Assembly: GCA_040755995.1 (NCBI GenBank)
Contig: JBFMAF010000019.1
Location: 1 to 57,997 of the forward strand
Reading direction: 5' to 3'
Source of the DNA: Acidobacteriota bacterium
GTDB lineage: Bacteria > Acidobacteriota > CAIWXX01
Length of the DNA: 57,997 bases
Shown here: piece after piece, positions 20,724-33,863 of the stretch
Position numbering within the stretch: position 1 is the stretch's first letter
How the letters are laid out: each line of letters begins with the position of its first letter
Position numbers and translations under genes: made by a program
Notes under the pieces: model-generated
What the model saw: the letters and a program-made list of their open reading frames with translations, nothing else
Database searches by the model: none
Told to the model about the DNA's origin: nothing

Positions 20724-21287
20724 TCATGGCATTTGCGATCGCGCGCCATCGGCCGAGAAGCGCGAACGGCGCTCGATCTGGTGCATTTGCAGAAAGATCT
20801 GGACGTAGTCCGGGCTGCGATAGTCCGGGTAGGTCCACGGCAGAAACACGGGTTCTTTCCGCGTGAAGAGCATCTCCTGTTCCAGGTAGATTCCGCGCCC
20901 CGCGGGGATTCGGTGCTGGTAGTCCTTGGTGGATGCGAGGACGACGGAGTGCGGTGTGAGGAAGCCCGGGTCGAGGTTTACGCGGCGGCGGCTCGATGTC
21001 AGTGGCGGGTCGGACATCTCGCGCTCGATCTGGTTTGTCGCGATCTTGATGCCGGCGATCTGGGCGGGATCAATTCGGCGCTCGAACGAGACAAACATGC
21101 GGTGAAGTCCAGGCCCCATCTCCTTCTCATAGTATGTCGTGAAGGTGAAGTCGACAGGGAGGCTGCAGTAGTCGGCCGCACTGGCAAGAGCTTCGAGCCT
21201 CGCGATGACGTCCTCAATCATCCCGAAATCCCTCAGTAGAATGCCGCAAAAGAGTTTGACTGGTGCCGGCGTACTGATCAGCCCCAT
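20724..21287 (-). CDS. DUF4416 family protein
   Basis: Motifs YYEKEMG, IKIATNQIE, RRVNLDPG, LASTK..HRI...GIY and WTYPDY. Confidence 0.85.
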   Translation of the reverse strand: MGLISTPAPVKLFCGILLRDFGMIEDVIARLEALASAADYCSLPVDFTFTTYYEKEMGPGLHRMFVSFERRIDPAQIAGIKIATNQIEREMSDPPLTSSRRRVNLDPGFLTPHSVVLASTKDYQHRIPAGRGIYLEQEMLFTRKEPVFLPWTYPDYRSPDYVQIFLQMHQIERRSRFSADGARSQMP

Positions 21288-21312
21288 ATGATGCCCTTTC
21301 GCGGCCGGCTGG

Positions 21313-21513
21313 CTACCAGCGTCGGGGTCCTCTGAGGATGCGGGCAGGCAGGGTCAAGACGGCCCACACAAGCTGCAGGATGGCATCCACGGCGATCCCG
21401 AGTATCCGGAACGGCAGCAACAAGATCCAGATGATGGGATAGAGAATCAGGGCCAGCAGGGCCAGTGGCCAGCACAGGACAAGCAAGATGAGCCACAGCA
21501 GGAATTTGACCAT
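21313..21513 (-). CDS. Small hydrophobic membrane protein
   Basis: 66 aa, strongly hydrophobic; codon usage and position are gene-like. Confidence 0.7.
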   Translation of the reverse strand: MVKFLLWLILLVLCWPLALLALILYPIIWILLLPFRILGIAVDAILQLVWAVLTLPARILRGPRRW

Positions 21514-21808
21514 GAGGAACCCTCTTCACCTCCGCGGCCACGCCAACTATGCGGGCCATAAGAGAATACGCGATTTGCCTGCTATTGTTCCAACCCGGTC
21601 CATTCCGGCATTCCGGCGCCGTACTCCTTGCATTAGTGGACTTCGGTCTCCTCGTCTCCGTATCACCCCGTCTCGCTGTCCCCGCGTCGGTCGCTACATC
21701 ATGGTGCTCACTCGCAGGCACCACGAAGCGTTCGAGAGCCAGCCCGCGGCGGTTTGACTGCCCATGTTCCCTGTGCTAATTAGTCCCGTTGTTGGACTCA
21801 GGATGGAT

Positions 21809-23623
21809 ATGAGTAGCTCAAGGTTGTTGGCGAGGATTGCGGTCTTGCTTCTCGTGATGAATCCCTTGCTTGCGCGGGGTGAGGAGATCGAGTTCAGCGC
21901 CGAGGTTGACAATCAGAAGATCGGGATGGACGACACACTCTCTCTGACGGTGACGATAGCGGGTGCGAACCTGAATCAGACCATCAATCCGGTGATGCCC
22001 GAGATGAAGGACTTCTACGTCGCCGGGACGTCGCAGTCTTCGAATATCAGCTTCGTGAACGGCCAGATTTCGGCGTCGAGGAGCATCATTTACACTCTGG
22101 TACCGAAGCGCACTGGGAAGTTCGTCGTCCCGCCGGTGACCATGACCTACGGCGGCAAGCAATATTCGACGGCACCGATCGAAGTGGAGGTGGTCGAGGG
22201 TTCGGCGGGGGAGCGGAAGAAAAAGCAGGAACCATGGTCGCCATTCTTCGATCCGTTCGAGAGCATGCAGAAGCCTCCTGGCGGGCGCCGGTATGGACCG
22301 GAAGCCGTGCAAGTGGTCGCCGAGCTGGATCGAAAGCAGGTCTATCAAGGCGAGCAGACGACGCTGACGTTCAAAATCCTCACCAAGATCAGCGTCACAG
22401 GCGTACAGATCGAGGAGTTTCCGCCTCTGTCGGGTTTCTGGGTCGACGACCTTGATGTCGACAAGAACCCGCGCGGGCGAAAGGTGACGGTAAATGGTGA
22501 GGAGTACGTCGAGTTTGTGGTCAAGCGCAGCGCGCTTTTCCCCAGTCGCAGCGGCCGGCTCACCATAGAGCCCGCCACCTTCGCGATTCAAGCAGTCGAG
22601 GATTCGTTCTTTCCGAACCCGGAGCTGATCCGCCGGAAATCGAAGCCGCTGACGTTGGTGGTACTTCCGCTCCCGGAGGCGGGGCGTCCCGCGGGCTACG
22701 ACGGCACGGTGGGAACGTACTCTGTCAGCGCCGCGCTGGATCGCGACCGCGTGGCTCTTGGAGAGGTGGCATCGCTAAGGATAACCGTGACGGGGCGGGG
22801 GAATCTCAAGACCATCAGCCCACCCAAGCTCCCGCCGCTCAACGACATCAAGCTTTACGAGCCCAAGTTCACCGAAAAGATCGACTCAGCGGGCCCGCGG
22901 ATGACCGGAGAGAAGACCTGGGAGTATGTGCTCAGTCCCAAGGCCAAGGGAAACCACGAGATCGGCCCTGTGACGCTCGCCTACTTCGATCCCATCAGCA
23001 AGAGCTACCAGGTGGCCAGAACCAAAGCCCTGAACCTGCAGGCTGAGGGCGGCGAGATCGCCGCGCAGGGCGTCCCCCTTTCCGAGCGGTCCCAAATCCG
23101 AATGCTACGCCAGGACATAGCGTTCATTCACACGCGGGACAGCGCGCCAGCGGTTTCGGCGCCATTCAGCCGTCGTTCGGCCGGATTCTATCTTCTGCTC
23201 ATCCTTCCACCGCTTGTGAACGTGGGCCTTCTAATCTACCGCCACCGGGAGGAGAGCCGCCGGATGGACGTGGCGTCGTATCTGCGGGGGCGCGCATTCC
23301 GCGACTTTCGAAAAGCGTTGAAGCGGGCGCGGGCCAGAGCGTCGCCGGCGGAGGCCAAGGACTTCTACCAGTTGCTCAACGACGGGCTCTCTCGCTATGT
23401 GGCACACAAGCTATCGCTGTCGCCGCAGGGGCTGACGCTGCAGTCCGTGCTCGCCCACCTCGAGAGCCGGCGCGTGGACCCGGAGCTTCTCACGCGGTTC
23501 AAGATCGTCTGGAATGACGCCGAGTTCGGCCTGTTCGCCGCCGGCAAGCCCGGGCTCAATTCGATGGAGAAGCTTCTGCGAGACGTAGATGATGTTGTAT
23601 CCGACCTCGACAAACGCCTCTGA
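21809..23623 (+). CDS. batD: BatD family (oxygen tolerance) protein
   Basis: Signal peptide, repeated Ig-like BatD domains (SQSSNISFVNG, GRGNL, YFDP) and a C-terminal TM. Start uncertain (21764-21809). Confidence 0.88.
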   Translation: MSSSRLLARIAVLLLVMNPLLARGEEIEFSAEVDNQKIGMDDTLSLTVTIAGANLNQTINPVMPEMKDFYVAGTSQSSNISFVNGQISASRSIIYTLVPKRTGKFVVPPVTMTYGGKQYSTAPIEVEVVEGSAGERKKKQEPWSPFFDPFESMQKPPGGRRYGPEAVQVVAELDRKQVYQGEQTTLTFKILTKISVTGVQIEEFPPLSGFWVDDLDVDKNPRGRKVTVNGEEYVEFVVKRSALFPSRSGRLTIEPATFAIQAVEDSFFPNPELIRRKSKPLTLVVLPLPEAGRPAGYDGTVGTYSVSAALDRDRVALGEVASLRITVTGRGNLKTISPPKLPPLNDIKLYEPKFTEKIDSAGPRMTGEKTWEYVLSPKAKGNHEIGPVTLAYFDPISKSYQVARTKALNLQAEGGEIAAQGVPLSERSQIRMLRQDIAFIHTRDSAPAVSAPFSRRSAGFYLLLILPPLVNVGLLIYRHREESRRMDVASYLRGRAFRDFRKALKRARARASPAEAKDFYQLLNDGLSRYVAHKLSLSPQGLTLQSVLAHLESRRVDPELLTRFKIVWNDAEFGLFAAGKPGLNSMEKLLRDVDDVVSDLDKRL

Positions 23624-23647
23624 GGGCGGCACATCCGTGGCGACACA

Positions 23648-24454
23648 ATGATGCACAGCCGCCGGGACTTGCGTGCGCCTGATCCAGGCCACGGGCGCCG
23701 CATCATTCGTGCGGCGAAGCTTGCCTCGCTTGCGCTTTTGGCGACGCTGGTCATCTCGCTGCCGGCGTGCGGCGAGACGGCCGACCTGTTCCAGCGAGCT
23801 GTGAGCCTCTACCAGGAGGGGAAGTTCGCGGAGGCCGAATCGGCACTCGAGGCGGTTCACGACCCCTCTCCCACTGCGCTCTACAATCTCGGCAACGCCT
23901 GTTTCAAACAGGGGAAGCTCGGCCGGGCGATTCTTTACTGGGAGAAGGCTCTGAGGCTCGATCCGCTGAACCGTGACTGCGCAGGGAATCTCGAGCTTGC
24001 ATCGAGACTGCTCCGTGATGCCGTGCCCCCCGACGAAACCCCGTTGCCGCTTCAGTGGATCCGTGCCGCGCTCTTCGCCCTGCCTGTCGGCTACCTGGAG
24101 AAGGGCACCCTTGCACTCTGGGTCATCGCGAACGCGCTGTTTCTACTGCAGATCGCCCTGAAGAACCCTCCGCACTCGCTCAGGGTTCTCGGCCTGGCCA
24201 GCCTGCTGTGTTGCCTGCTGGCTGGCGGCTTGCTTTTTCTCAACCTTCACAAGCTTGGACGCCACAGCTACGGCATCGTTATTGCGCCCAAGGAGTCGGT
24301 GCGAAGCGGACCCGGCGAACAGAATACCGTCCTCATGGAAATCCACGAAGGACTGAAGGTGAAGATACTGAATACGCAGGGGCGGTGGGCGGCTGTCAAG
24401 ATCGCAGGTGGGTACAGCGGCTGGCTGCCGATCGAGTCAATTGGTGTGATATAG
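23648..24454 (+). CDS. batE: BatE-like TPR + SH3 protein
   Basis: TPR (YNLGNACFKQGKLGRAILYWEKALRLDP), two TMs and a C-terminal SH3b (VRSGPG..IHEG..GWL). Confidence 0.85.
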   Translation: MMHSRRDLRAPDPGHGRRIIRAAKLASLALLATLVISLPACGETADLFQRAVSLYQEGKFAEAESALEAVHDPSPTALYNLGNACFKQGKLGRAILYWEKALRLDPLNRDCAGNLELASRLLRDAVPPDETPLPLQWIRAALFALPVGYLEKGTLALWVIANALFLLQIALKNPPHSLRVLGLASLLCCLLAGGLLFLNLHKLGRHSYGIVIAPKESVRSGPGEQNTVLMEIHEGLKVKILNTQGRWAAVKIAGGYSGWLPIESIGVI

Positions 24455-24506
24455 GGCCACAGACACGGTGAGTAACTCATTCGAGACTTCCGATGAAGGA
24501 GATCAA

Positions 24507-27242
<2,736 letters not shown>

Positions 27243-27289
27243 CCTCTCGCGTCATCTCGGGGCGAGCAGGAGCGGTGCCTATCGCAACG

Positions 27290-27370
27290 GACGCGGTGAC
27301 ACGGTGACGCGGCGACGCGGAGAACCGAGCCCGTCACCCCGTCTCCGCGTCTCCGCGTCTCCGCGTCTCT
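27290..27370. repeat. Inverted array of octamer repeats (GACGCGG[T/C/A] versus CCGCGTCT) forming a hairpin after ppdK
   Basis: gacgcggtgacacggtgacgcggcgacgcggaga ... ccgtcaccccgtctccgcgtctccgcgtctccgcgtc. Confidence 0.7.
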
Positions 27371-27984
27371 CTGTCGAGCGGAAGCTCGTCGTGGCTGCGA
27401 TGCGGTCCGAGTTGGGGCCGCTGACCGAGTCCATTCGCCACTGCATCACCGGGATCGGAGTCCACGCGGTGCGCGACGTGCTTCCGGCCGAGCTGCGCAA
27501 AGCCCCGGCCCCAGGGCTCGTGCTCTGCGCCGGCGTATCGGGAGCGCTGGTCGAAGGACTGACGACCGGTGAGATCGTCGTGGCCACCCACATCTGTTAC
27601 GGCGATCGGGTCTTTGCGGCTAGCCCGCTCCAGTTCCCGGGACTCCCGTTTCGCACCGGGACCGTCTACTGCTCGCCGAGAGTGGTGAGCCAGAGATCCG
27701 AGCGACTCGATATCGCCCGGCGCACGGGGGCGCTATGTGTCGACATGGAATCAGGAGAGGTGGCCCAGATCTGCGCGGAGATGAGCCTCCCTGTCGCCGT
27801 CCTTCGTGTCGTCATGGACACGGTGGATGACGTGCTACCCGAGGTGGAGTCGCCGCGGAACGAGGCGGAGCGGGCGGCGCTTGATGCGAGCGAAACGCGA
27901 GAGATCAGCGACGAGGTGCGCGAGAAATCCCGTGCCGCCCGGCGCGTGCTGCAGGCAGCGCTGAGTGCGCTGCTCGGCGTCTGA
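27304..27984 (+). CDS. Nucleoside phosphorylase family protein (PNP/UDP/MTAN, HpnG-like)
   Basis: Motifs VVAAMRSE, TGIG, AGVSGAL, VDMES and LRVVMD. The true start is uncertain because the 5' end lies in a repeat. Confidence 0.75.
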   Translation: MTRRRGEPSPSPRLRVSASPRLSVERKLVVAAMRSELGPLTESIRHCITGIGVHAVRDVLPAELRKAPAPGLVLCAGVSGALVEGLTTGEIVVATHICYGDRVFAASPLQFPGLPFRTGTVYCSPRVVSQRSERLDIARRTGALCVDMESGEVAQICAEMSLPVAVLRVVMDTVDDVLPEVESPRNEAERAALDASETREISDEVREKSRAARRVLQAALSALLGV

Positions 27985-28049
27985 TCGCCTGCATCACGGG
28001 CCAGTCGCTGTCCTTTCCTGCCGCACCGTCCACGTCGTGTCCCTCCTCC

Positions 28050-28166
28050 ATTGCCCACCGCGATGTCTGCGTTGCCGCGGATCGCGGCCAGCACGCTCAC
28101 CAACATCTCGGGGGCGCTGGTTCCATGAGCCACCACCGTAAGGCCCACCACGAGGGATGAGATGTC
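28050..28166 (-). pseudogene. Fragment of a calcium/sodium antiporter (CaCA/YrbG family)
   Basis: ISSLVVGLTVVAHGTSAPEMLVSVLAAIRGNADIAVGN matches the alpha-1 repeat GTSxPE region; the rest of the gene is absent. Confidence 0.75.
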
Positions 28167-28248
28167 GCCGTGACCCGGGCGGGATGAGGTCATTGGTTCC
28201 TGGCATGCAAAGTTCCTCGATGCCTGTGCATGATACCATATCGGCAGA

Positions 28249-28281
28249 TTAGTTTGACTTCAAACTAAATCGTGCTATCAT
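28249..28281 (+). promoter_or_regulatory. Palindromic operator TTAGTTTGA-CT-TCAAACTAA overlapping the otsA promoter (TTGACT-16-TATCAT, extended TG)
   Basis: Perfect 9-bp arms; second copy at 39401. The ATG is 6 nt after the -10, consistent with a leaderless transcript. Confidence 0.8.
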
Positions 28282-28287
28282 CGACGC

Positions 28288-30555
28288 ATGTCGTCGATCG
28301 TACGCTTCCTTGTTGTCCTCGTTCTGGCGCTGGCCATCCTGGTGAGCGCCGTGTCGTACATCGTACAGGGGACGATTCGGCGCTGGTTCGAGAGGGATGT
28401 GGCGCTGCGGGCCGAGGCGGTGGTGAGCGGGGCACACGACGGGATCGTCTCCGGGTGGCGAAATCCAGACTCTGAGGAGATGGACAGGGTGCTGAGCCGG
28501 ATCGCGAGGCAGGAGCGAGTCCTTGGCATCGCGGCGTGCGACTGCGAGCTGAGACTCGCGGCAAGCAGTGCGGATTTCCCGGCGGACATCGACTGTCGAT
28601 CGATCGGTCCGCTTGTGTACACGACGGATCAGGGTGGGGAGCCGGGTGGGCACTGGCACAGCTACGCAGGTGTTCGGGATCTCGGGAGCGGGCGGGTCCA
28701 CCTGAGCGCGATACCGGTGAGGGACGGCGCCATGACACTAGGATTCGTCATGCTTGCGCACGATCTGAGCTACATCCAGCGGCGCGAGGGCGTGATGCGC
28801 TGGTTCACCGTTGTATCCTTTGGCTTCCTGGCGGTGGCTGCGTCGCTGTTGACCCTGGCGGTGGCGCGCATGTCGTGGCGTGGTTGGACGATGGAGGTCC
28901 GACGATTCCTCCGGGGTGGGAATACAATGCCTGCGCGTCGCGAGTTCCAGCCGATCGTCCGAGATCTGCGCGATCTGGTAGCCCGGATTGCAGCGGAGGC
29001 CGACGGTGACACTGTCGCAGGTCATTGGACGGCGGAGCGTCTGCGGCATACGTTGAGGAAGCACCTGCATGGTGAGAAGCTGGTCATCGTCGCCAACCGT
29101 GAACCATACATTCATCAGCGCGCAGATGATGGCGCGATTCAAGTGCAGCACCCTGCCAGCGGCCTCGTTACGGCATTGGAGCCTGTGATGCGGGCCTGCT
29201 CGGGGGTCTGGGTGGCCCACGGGAGCGGCAATGCCGACCGCGAGATGGCTGATGCCCGCGGCCGGGTTAGAGTACCGCCGGGGGAGGAGTCCTACACAAT
29301 CCACCGCGTGTGGCTTACACCCGAGGAAGAGAACGGGTACTACTATGGCTTCGCTAACGAGGGCCTCTGGCCGCTCTGCCACGTGGCGCACACGCGGCCG
29401 ACATTCCGGAGCGACGATTGGACCTGCTACCAGAGCGTGAATCGTAGATTCACGGAGGCCGTGTGCGCAGAGGTAGATGTCGATGACCCGATCGTGCTGG
29501 TTCAGGACTATCACTTCGCGCTCGCCCCGAGGATGATCCGGGAGCGGTTGCCTCGAGCCACGATCCTAACCTTCTGGCACATCCCGTGGATGAACGCCGA
29601 GCGGTTCGGGATATGTCCCTGGCGAACGGAGGTGCTTCATGGGCTGCTGGGGAGCAGCATCGTCGGCTTCCACACTCAGCAGCACTGCAACAACTTCCTC
29701 GAGGCTGTGGACCGTTATCTTGAAGCGAGGATCGATCGTGAGCACCACGCCGTGGTGCAGGGCGGACGGGGCACATTGGTCCGGCCCTATCCCATCTCGA
29801 TCGAACATCCGAGCCGCTGGGCCCTGCTGTCGCCTCCGCCCGCCGAGTGCCGCGAGAGTGTCTTCGCCGAGCTCGGACTGGGGGCTGATGCGTTGCTGGG
29901 CGTAGGGGTGGATCGGCTGGACTACACGAAGGGTATCGAGGAAAGGATGCTGGCGGTCGAGCGCCTGCTGGAGCGGTTCCCGAGGTTTCTGGGGAGGTTT
30001 GCTTTGGTGCAGCTCGCCGCACCCAGCAGGACCATGATCGAGCGCTACCGCGAGCTGAATGAGAGTGTCGAGCGGCTGGCGGCCCGCATCAACCATCGCT
30101 TTGCGAACGGCGCGTACCGGCCGATCATCCTCCTACGGCGCCATCATGAGCCGCTCACAGTCTTCCGCTACTACCGGGCCGCCGACCTCTGTTACGTGAG
30201 CAGCCTCCACGATGGGATGAATCTGGTGGCAAAGGAGTTCGTCTCGGCGCGCGATGACGAACGGGGCGTGCTGGTCTTGAGCAGCTTCACCGGTGCCGCG
30301 CGCGAGCTCACCGAAGCGTTGATCGTGAATCCTTACGACATGGAGCAGGCGAGCTCGGCATTGGGCGACGCATTGGCCATGCCTGCGGAGGAGCAGCAGG
30401 AGCGCATGCGCTCGATGCGCCTTTATCTGTCAGAGTTCAATGTCTATCGCTGGGCTGGGCGGATGCTCGTGGACGCGGCACATCTGCGGCGGCACGGCCG
30501 CCTGACCGGACGCCTGGTCGAACCCGTCCGCATCGTTGAAGAGAGTCTGCCGTGA
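28288..30555 (+). CDS. otsA: Trehalose-6-phosphate synthase with an N-terminal TM-extracytoplasmic-TM module
   Basis: GT20 motifs [38 protein letters not shown] and DGMNLVAKE; about 250 extra N-terminal residues. Confidence 0.93.
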   Translation: MSSIVRFLVVLVLALAILVSAVSYIVQGTIRRWFERDVALRAEAVVSGAHDGIVSGWRNPDSEEMDRVLSRIARQERVLGIAACDCELRLAASSADFPADIDCRSIGPLVYTTDQGGEPGGHWHSYAGVRDLGSGRVHLSAIPVRDGAMTLGFVMLAHDLSYIQRREGVMRWFTVVSFGFLAVAASLLTLAVARMSWRGWTMEVRRFLRGGNTMPARREFQPIVRDLRDLVARIAAEADGDTVAGHWTAERLRHTLRKHLHGEKLVIVANREPYIHQRADDGAIQVQHPASGLVTALEPVMRACSGVWVAHGSGNADREMADARGRVRVPPGEESYTIHRVWLTPEEENGYYYGFANEGLWPLCHVAHTRPTFRSDDWTCYQSVNRRFTEAVCAEVDVDDPIVLVQDYHFALAPRMIRERLPRATILTFWHIPWMNAERFGICPWRTEVLHGLLGSSIVGFHTQQHCNNFLEAVDRYLEARIDREHHAVVQGGRGTLVRPYPISIEHPSRWALLSPPPAECRESVFAELGLGADALLGVGVDRLDYTKGIEERMLAVERLLERFPRFLGRFALVQLAAPSRTMIERYRELNESVERLAARINHRFANGAYRPIILLRRHHEPLTVFRYYRAADLCYVSSLHDGMNLVAKEFVSARDDERGVLVLSSFTGAARELTEALIVNPYDMEQASSALGDALAMPAEEQQERMRSMRLYLSEFNVYRWAGRMLVDAAHLRRHGRLTGRLVEPVRIVEESLP

Positions 30556-31328
30556 GGTACCTGTTATCGCCCTGCAATCGCCAGGTGCTGCGGCAGTGCG
30601 CGGGAGCCCGCACTCTGCTTGCCTTTGACTTCGACGGCACCCTCGCCCCAATCGTCTCACGACCTGGGGCGGTCCGTATGAGGGACAGCACGCGTGCGAT
30701 TCTCAGCGCGGTGGCCGATCGGGTTCCCTGCGCAGTCATTTCGGGGCGATCGTTGCGCGATCTGGGGCGAAGGGTCCGTGGAGTCCATACCGTAGGATTG
30801 GTCGGGAACCATGGTCTCGAGTGTGATTGGGATGGGCGACCCAGTAGGGAGTTGAGCGCACAGATGCGCGACTGCCGGAGGTCGCTGCGCGCATCGCTGG
30901 GTCTTGTCCGGGGCATGGTCATCGAAGACAAGCGGTTCTCGGTGGCGATTCATTTTCGACAGGCCGACGACCGCCGAAAAGCTCAGCGACTGATCCGTGA
31001 CGCGCTGTCGACAATCACCGGAATTCGGACCGTTCCGGGAAACTGCGTCTTCGACGTGTTGCCTGCGGATTCGGGGACGAAGGCGACGGCGCTTCTGAGG
31101 TTGATGGGCATTCTCAGGACGGAAGTCTGCCTCTACATCGGGGACGATGTAACGGATGAGGATGTCTTCCGGCTGAGGCACACGAATCCGGTGCTGGCTA
31201 TCCGGGTGGGGAAGAGCTGCGGGTCGCAGGCAGCTTACTTCATACACTCGCAGAGGGAGATCGATCGGGTCTTGAGGATGCTGCTCGCATTGCAGCAACC
31301 ACACGGAGGACGAGAGGAGGAGCATTGA
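30552..31328 (+). CDS. otsB: Trehalose-6-phosphate phosphatase
   Basis: HAD motifs DFDGTLAP, ISGR, GNHGLE and GDDVTDEDVF. Confidence 0.93.
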   Translation: MRYLLSPCNRQVLRQCAGARTLLAFDFDGTLAPIVSRPGAVRMRDSTRAILSAVADRVPCAVISGRSLRDLGRRVRGVHTVGLVGNHGLECDWDGRPSRELSAQMRDCRRSLRASLGLVRGMVIEDKRFSVAIHFRQADDRRKAQRLIRDALSTITGIRTVPGNCVFDVLPADSGTKATALLRLMGILRTEVCLYIGDDVTDEDVFRLRHTNPVLAIRVGKSCGSQAAYFIHSQREIDRVLRMLLALQQPHGGREEEH

Positions 31329-31798
31329 ACGACATCAGGCGTAGATCCGAGCTTGCCACATCCGGCGACCTGGGCGAGGTTCTCGAGTTCATGCGTCTCT
31401 TGTGGCAGGTCTATCACGGACTCCAGTCCAGATCGAAGCGTATGGCCGGGACCATGGGCATCACTGGTCCCCAGCGGCTGGTGATTCTCCTGGTCGGGCG
31501 CTTTCCGGGGATCTCGGCTGGTGACCTGGCCGACCTGCTGTGTGTCCACCCCAGCACACTGACCGGCACCCTGAGGCGACTTGTGAATCGACGGCTCGTC
31601 GTACGAACCCGCGATCCGGCTGATCGCAGGCGTTCGTTCCTCCGGCTCACGCGGCGGGGCAGTGTGCTGGGCCGTCTCAGGGTGGGGACCGTGGAATCGG
31701 CCGTGCGCAGGGGCTTGTCGCCACTGTCAGCGATGCATCTCAACGCAGCTCGCTCGGTCCTGCGCGCGCTGGGCGATGAGCTCCAGGCATCACGCTGA
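31325..31798 (+). CDS. MarR family transcriptional regulator
   Basis: GITGPQRLV, HPSTLTGTLRRL and DPADRR..LRLT..G. Confidence 0.92.
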   Translation: MNDIRRRSELATSGDLGEVLEFMRLLWQVYHGLQSRSKRMAGTMGITGPQRLVILLVGRFPGISAGDLADLLCVHPSTLTGTLRRLVNRRLVVRTRDPADRRRSFLRLTRRGSVLGRLRVGTVESAVRRGLSPLSAMHLNAARSVLRALGDELQASR

Positions 31799-31861
31799 CG
31801 GCAACTCCCCGGGCGGGGCAGAGAATCTAATCTCCTCCGGCACACAGTGGAGGGAATCACC

Positions 31862-32536
31862 ATGAGTGAGTCAGAAGGTCTTAGACCCTTTGAGGTGAAG
31901 GACTGCGCGCTCGCGGCACTCTCTACCGGCTTGCGAGCTCAGAATCTGCGCGAGCTCCGGGATCACCTTCTCACGATTCAGTCGGCATGTATCTTCAATC
32001 ATTTCTGGGGTGGATTGCTGAGGCCGCGATTCGACGATCCGGAGTACAACAATGATTTCGCCATCTGGGTCCGGCACGCTCTGCACGACGCGAAGCTGGC
32101 CGAGCGCCTGGCGGTGATCGACCCGGCGGGCCACAGTGATCTGGAGACGTTGAGACGCGAGGTCGTCGAGATCATCGAGGAGCGGATGGACGAGAGCGAG
32201 ACACTCGCCTGGGCACGCCCGGATCAGCAATTTCATTTCATCACGTCCCAGATTGTCGTCTTCGACACCGGCATGCGGCTCCGCGACGCGCTAGAGCTCG
32301 CCAGGGCGCTCCCCAATCTGCCCCTCGGCAGCATCTTCTTCCACTTCATCGACGCCCGGTGGCGTGAGCCTCAGGGAGTCGATGACTTCCGTGCGTGGAT
32401 GCGTTGCGCCGACGGGTCCTATGCCGACCTGTGCCGGAGAGTGGCAGACGTCGACCCGTACTTCAGCAGCCTTTCGGAGCTGCGGAAGCAGCTGGCAACG
32501 GTGTTCTCGGACTACTTCGGAGGAATCGAGGCATGA
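31862..32536 (+). CDS. DUF5752 family protein (TreT-associated)
   Basis: Internal duplication (IFNHF..NDFAIW / IFFHF..DDFRAW); lies directly upstream of treT. Confidence 0.8.
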   Translation: MSESEGLRPFEVKDCALAALSTGLRAQNLRELRDHLLTIQSACIFNHFWGGLLRPRFDDPEYNNDFAIWVRHALHDAKLAERLAVIDPAGHSDLETLRREVVEIIEERMDESETLAWARPDQQFHFITSQIVVFDTGMRLRDALELARALPNLPLGSIFFHFIDARWREPQGVDDFRAWMRCADGSYADLCRRVADVDPYFSSLSELRKQLATVFSDYFGGIEA

Positions 32537-33774
32537 ACGGACTGCTGGAGAAGTACGGGGAGGTGACAGGTCGCGATGTCATAGATCATCTTCAACAGCT
32601 CGCCGTGCCGTTGAACGGCAAGAAGGTCGTCCACGTGAACTCGACGCGTCTTGGCGGTGGCGTGGCCGAGATACTGAACAAGCTGATGCCGCTCAAGTGC
32701 GAGTTGGGGATCGATGCACGATGGGAGGTGATCGGCGGAGACGGTGATTTCTTCCGGTGCACGAAGCATTTCCACAATGGCTTGCAGGGCGATGCGGTAG
32801 ACATCCCCGACGCGCTGCTCAGGGTGTACGAGGAGACCAACGAGGCAAATGCAAAGGAACTCCGAGGCGTGCTCGAGGCTGCCGATTTCGTCTTCATTCA
32901 CGACCCCCAGCCCGCCGCCCTGCTGAGATGCTGCCCGGGGCGAAAAGGCAAATGGATATGGCGATGCCACATCGACGCTAGCCGGCCGCACAGGCCCGTC
33001 TGGAAGTACCTCAGGGGGTTCATAACAGGATACGACGCGAGCATCTTCTCGCTCGCCGATTTCGCGCAGCCTTTGCCGCATCCGGTTTACCTGATCCCGC
33101 CCAGCATCGATCCGCTGAGCGAGAAGAACATTCCGCTGGACGAGGCAGAGATTGACGCAGTGTGCCAAGCGACGTCTCTGGACCGTAGCCGGCCGATCAT
33201 GTTGCAGGTCTCGCGGTATGATCGCTTCAAGGACCCCCTGGGCGTGATCCGCGCCTACCGCCTTGCGACCAGCTTCATCCCCTCGCTCCAGCTGGTGCTC
33301 GCCGGTGGCACGGCCGACGACGACCCGGAAGGGGATCTTGTGCTGAGGAGCGTGAGGGAGGCGGCGGGAGACGATCCCGACATCCACGTGCTCCTCCTCC
33401 CTCCCGATGCGCATCGCACGATCAACGCTCTGCAACGAGCCGCCGATTTCGTCGTTCAGAAATCGCTCAGAGAGGGATTCGGCCTGACGGTCACCGAGGG
33501 CCTGTGGAAGGGCAAGCCGGTCATCGGAGGGGATACAGGCGGCATCAGGCTGCAGGTCGTGAACCATCACACGGGCTTTCTGGTGAACACGCCCGAAGGT
33601 GCGGCCCTTCGCATCCGATACCTGCTGAACAACCGCGGGAAGCTCGCGGAGATGGGACGCAAGGCTCGCGAGTTCGTACGAGAGAATTTCCTCATCACCC
33701 GCCACCTGCGGGAATATCTGACGCTGATGGTGGGCCTCACGTTGGGCCCGGGGCATGACAGGATCGTTCTCTGA
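32533..33774 (+). CDS. treT: Trehalose synthase, glycosyltransferring (GT4)
   Basis: Motifs HVNST..GGGVAEIL, IHDPQP, WRCHID, PSIDPLSEKN, SRYDRFKDP and EGFGLTVTE. Confidence 0.92.
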   Translation: MNGLLEKYGEVTGRDVIDHLQQLAVPLNGKKVVHVNSTRLGGGVAEILNKLMPLKCELGIDARWEVIGGDGDFFRCTKHFHNGLQGDAVDIPDALLRVYEETNEANAKELRGVLEAADFVFIHDPQPAALLRCCPGRKGKWIWRCHIDASRPHRPVWKYLRGFITGYDASIFSLADFAQPLPHPVYLIPPSIDPLSEKNIPLDEAEIDAVCQATSLDRSRPIMLQVSRYDRFKDPLGVIRAYRLATSFIPSLQLVLAGGTADDDPEGDLVLRSVREAAGDDPDIHVLLLPPDAHRTINALQRAADFVVQKSLREGFGLTVTEGLWKGKPVIGGDTGGIRLQVVNHHTGFLVNTPEGAALRIRYLLNNRGKLAEMGRKAREFVRENFLITRHLREYLTLMVGLTLGPGHDRIVL

Positions 33775-33863
33775 TGAACCGCGCACCGGGAATCCAGATG
33801 TATACCGGCAACGTGGCGCTGGGAGTTGACAGACTGGAGTACGGGATACACAATGGTTAGCAC

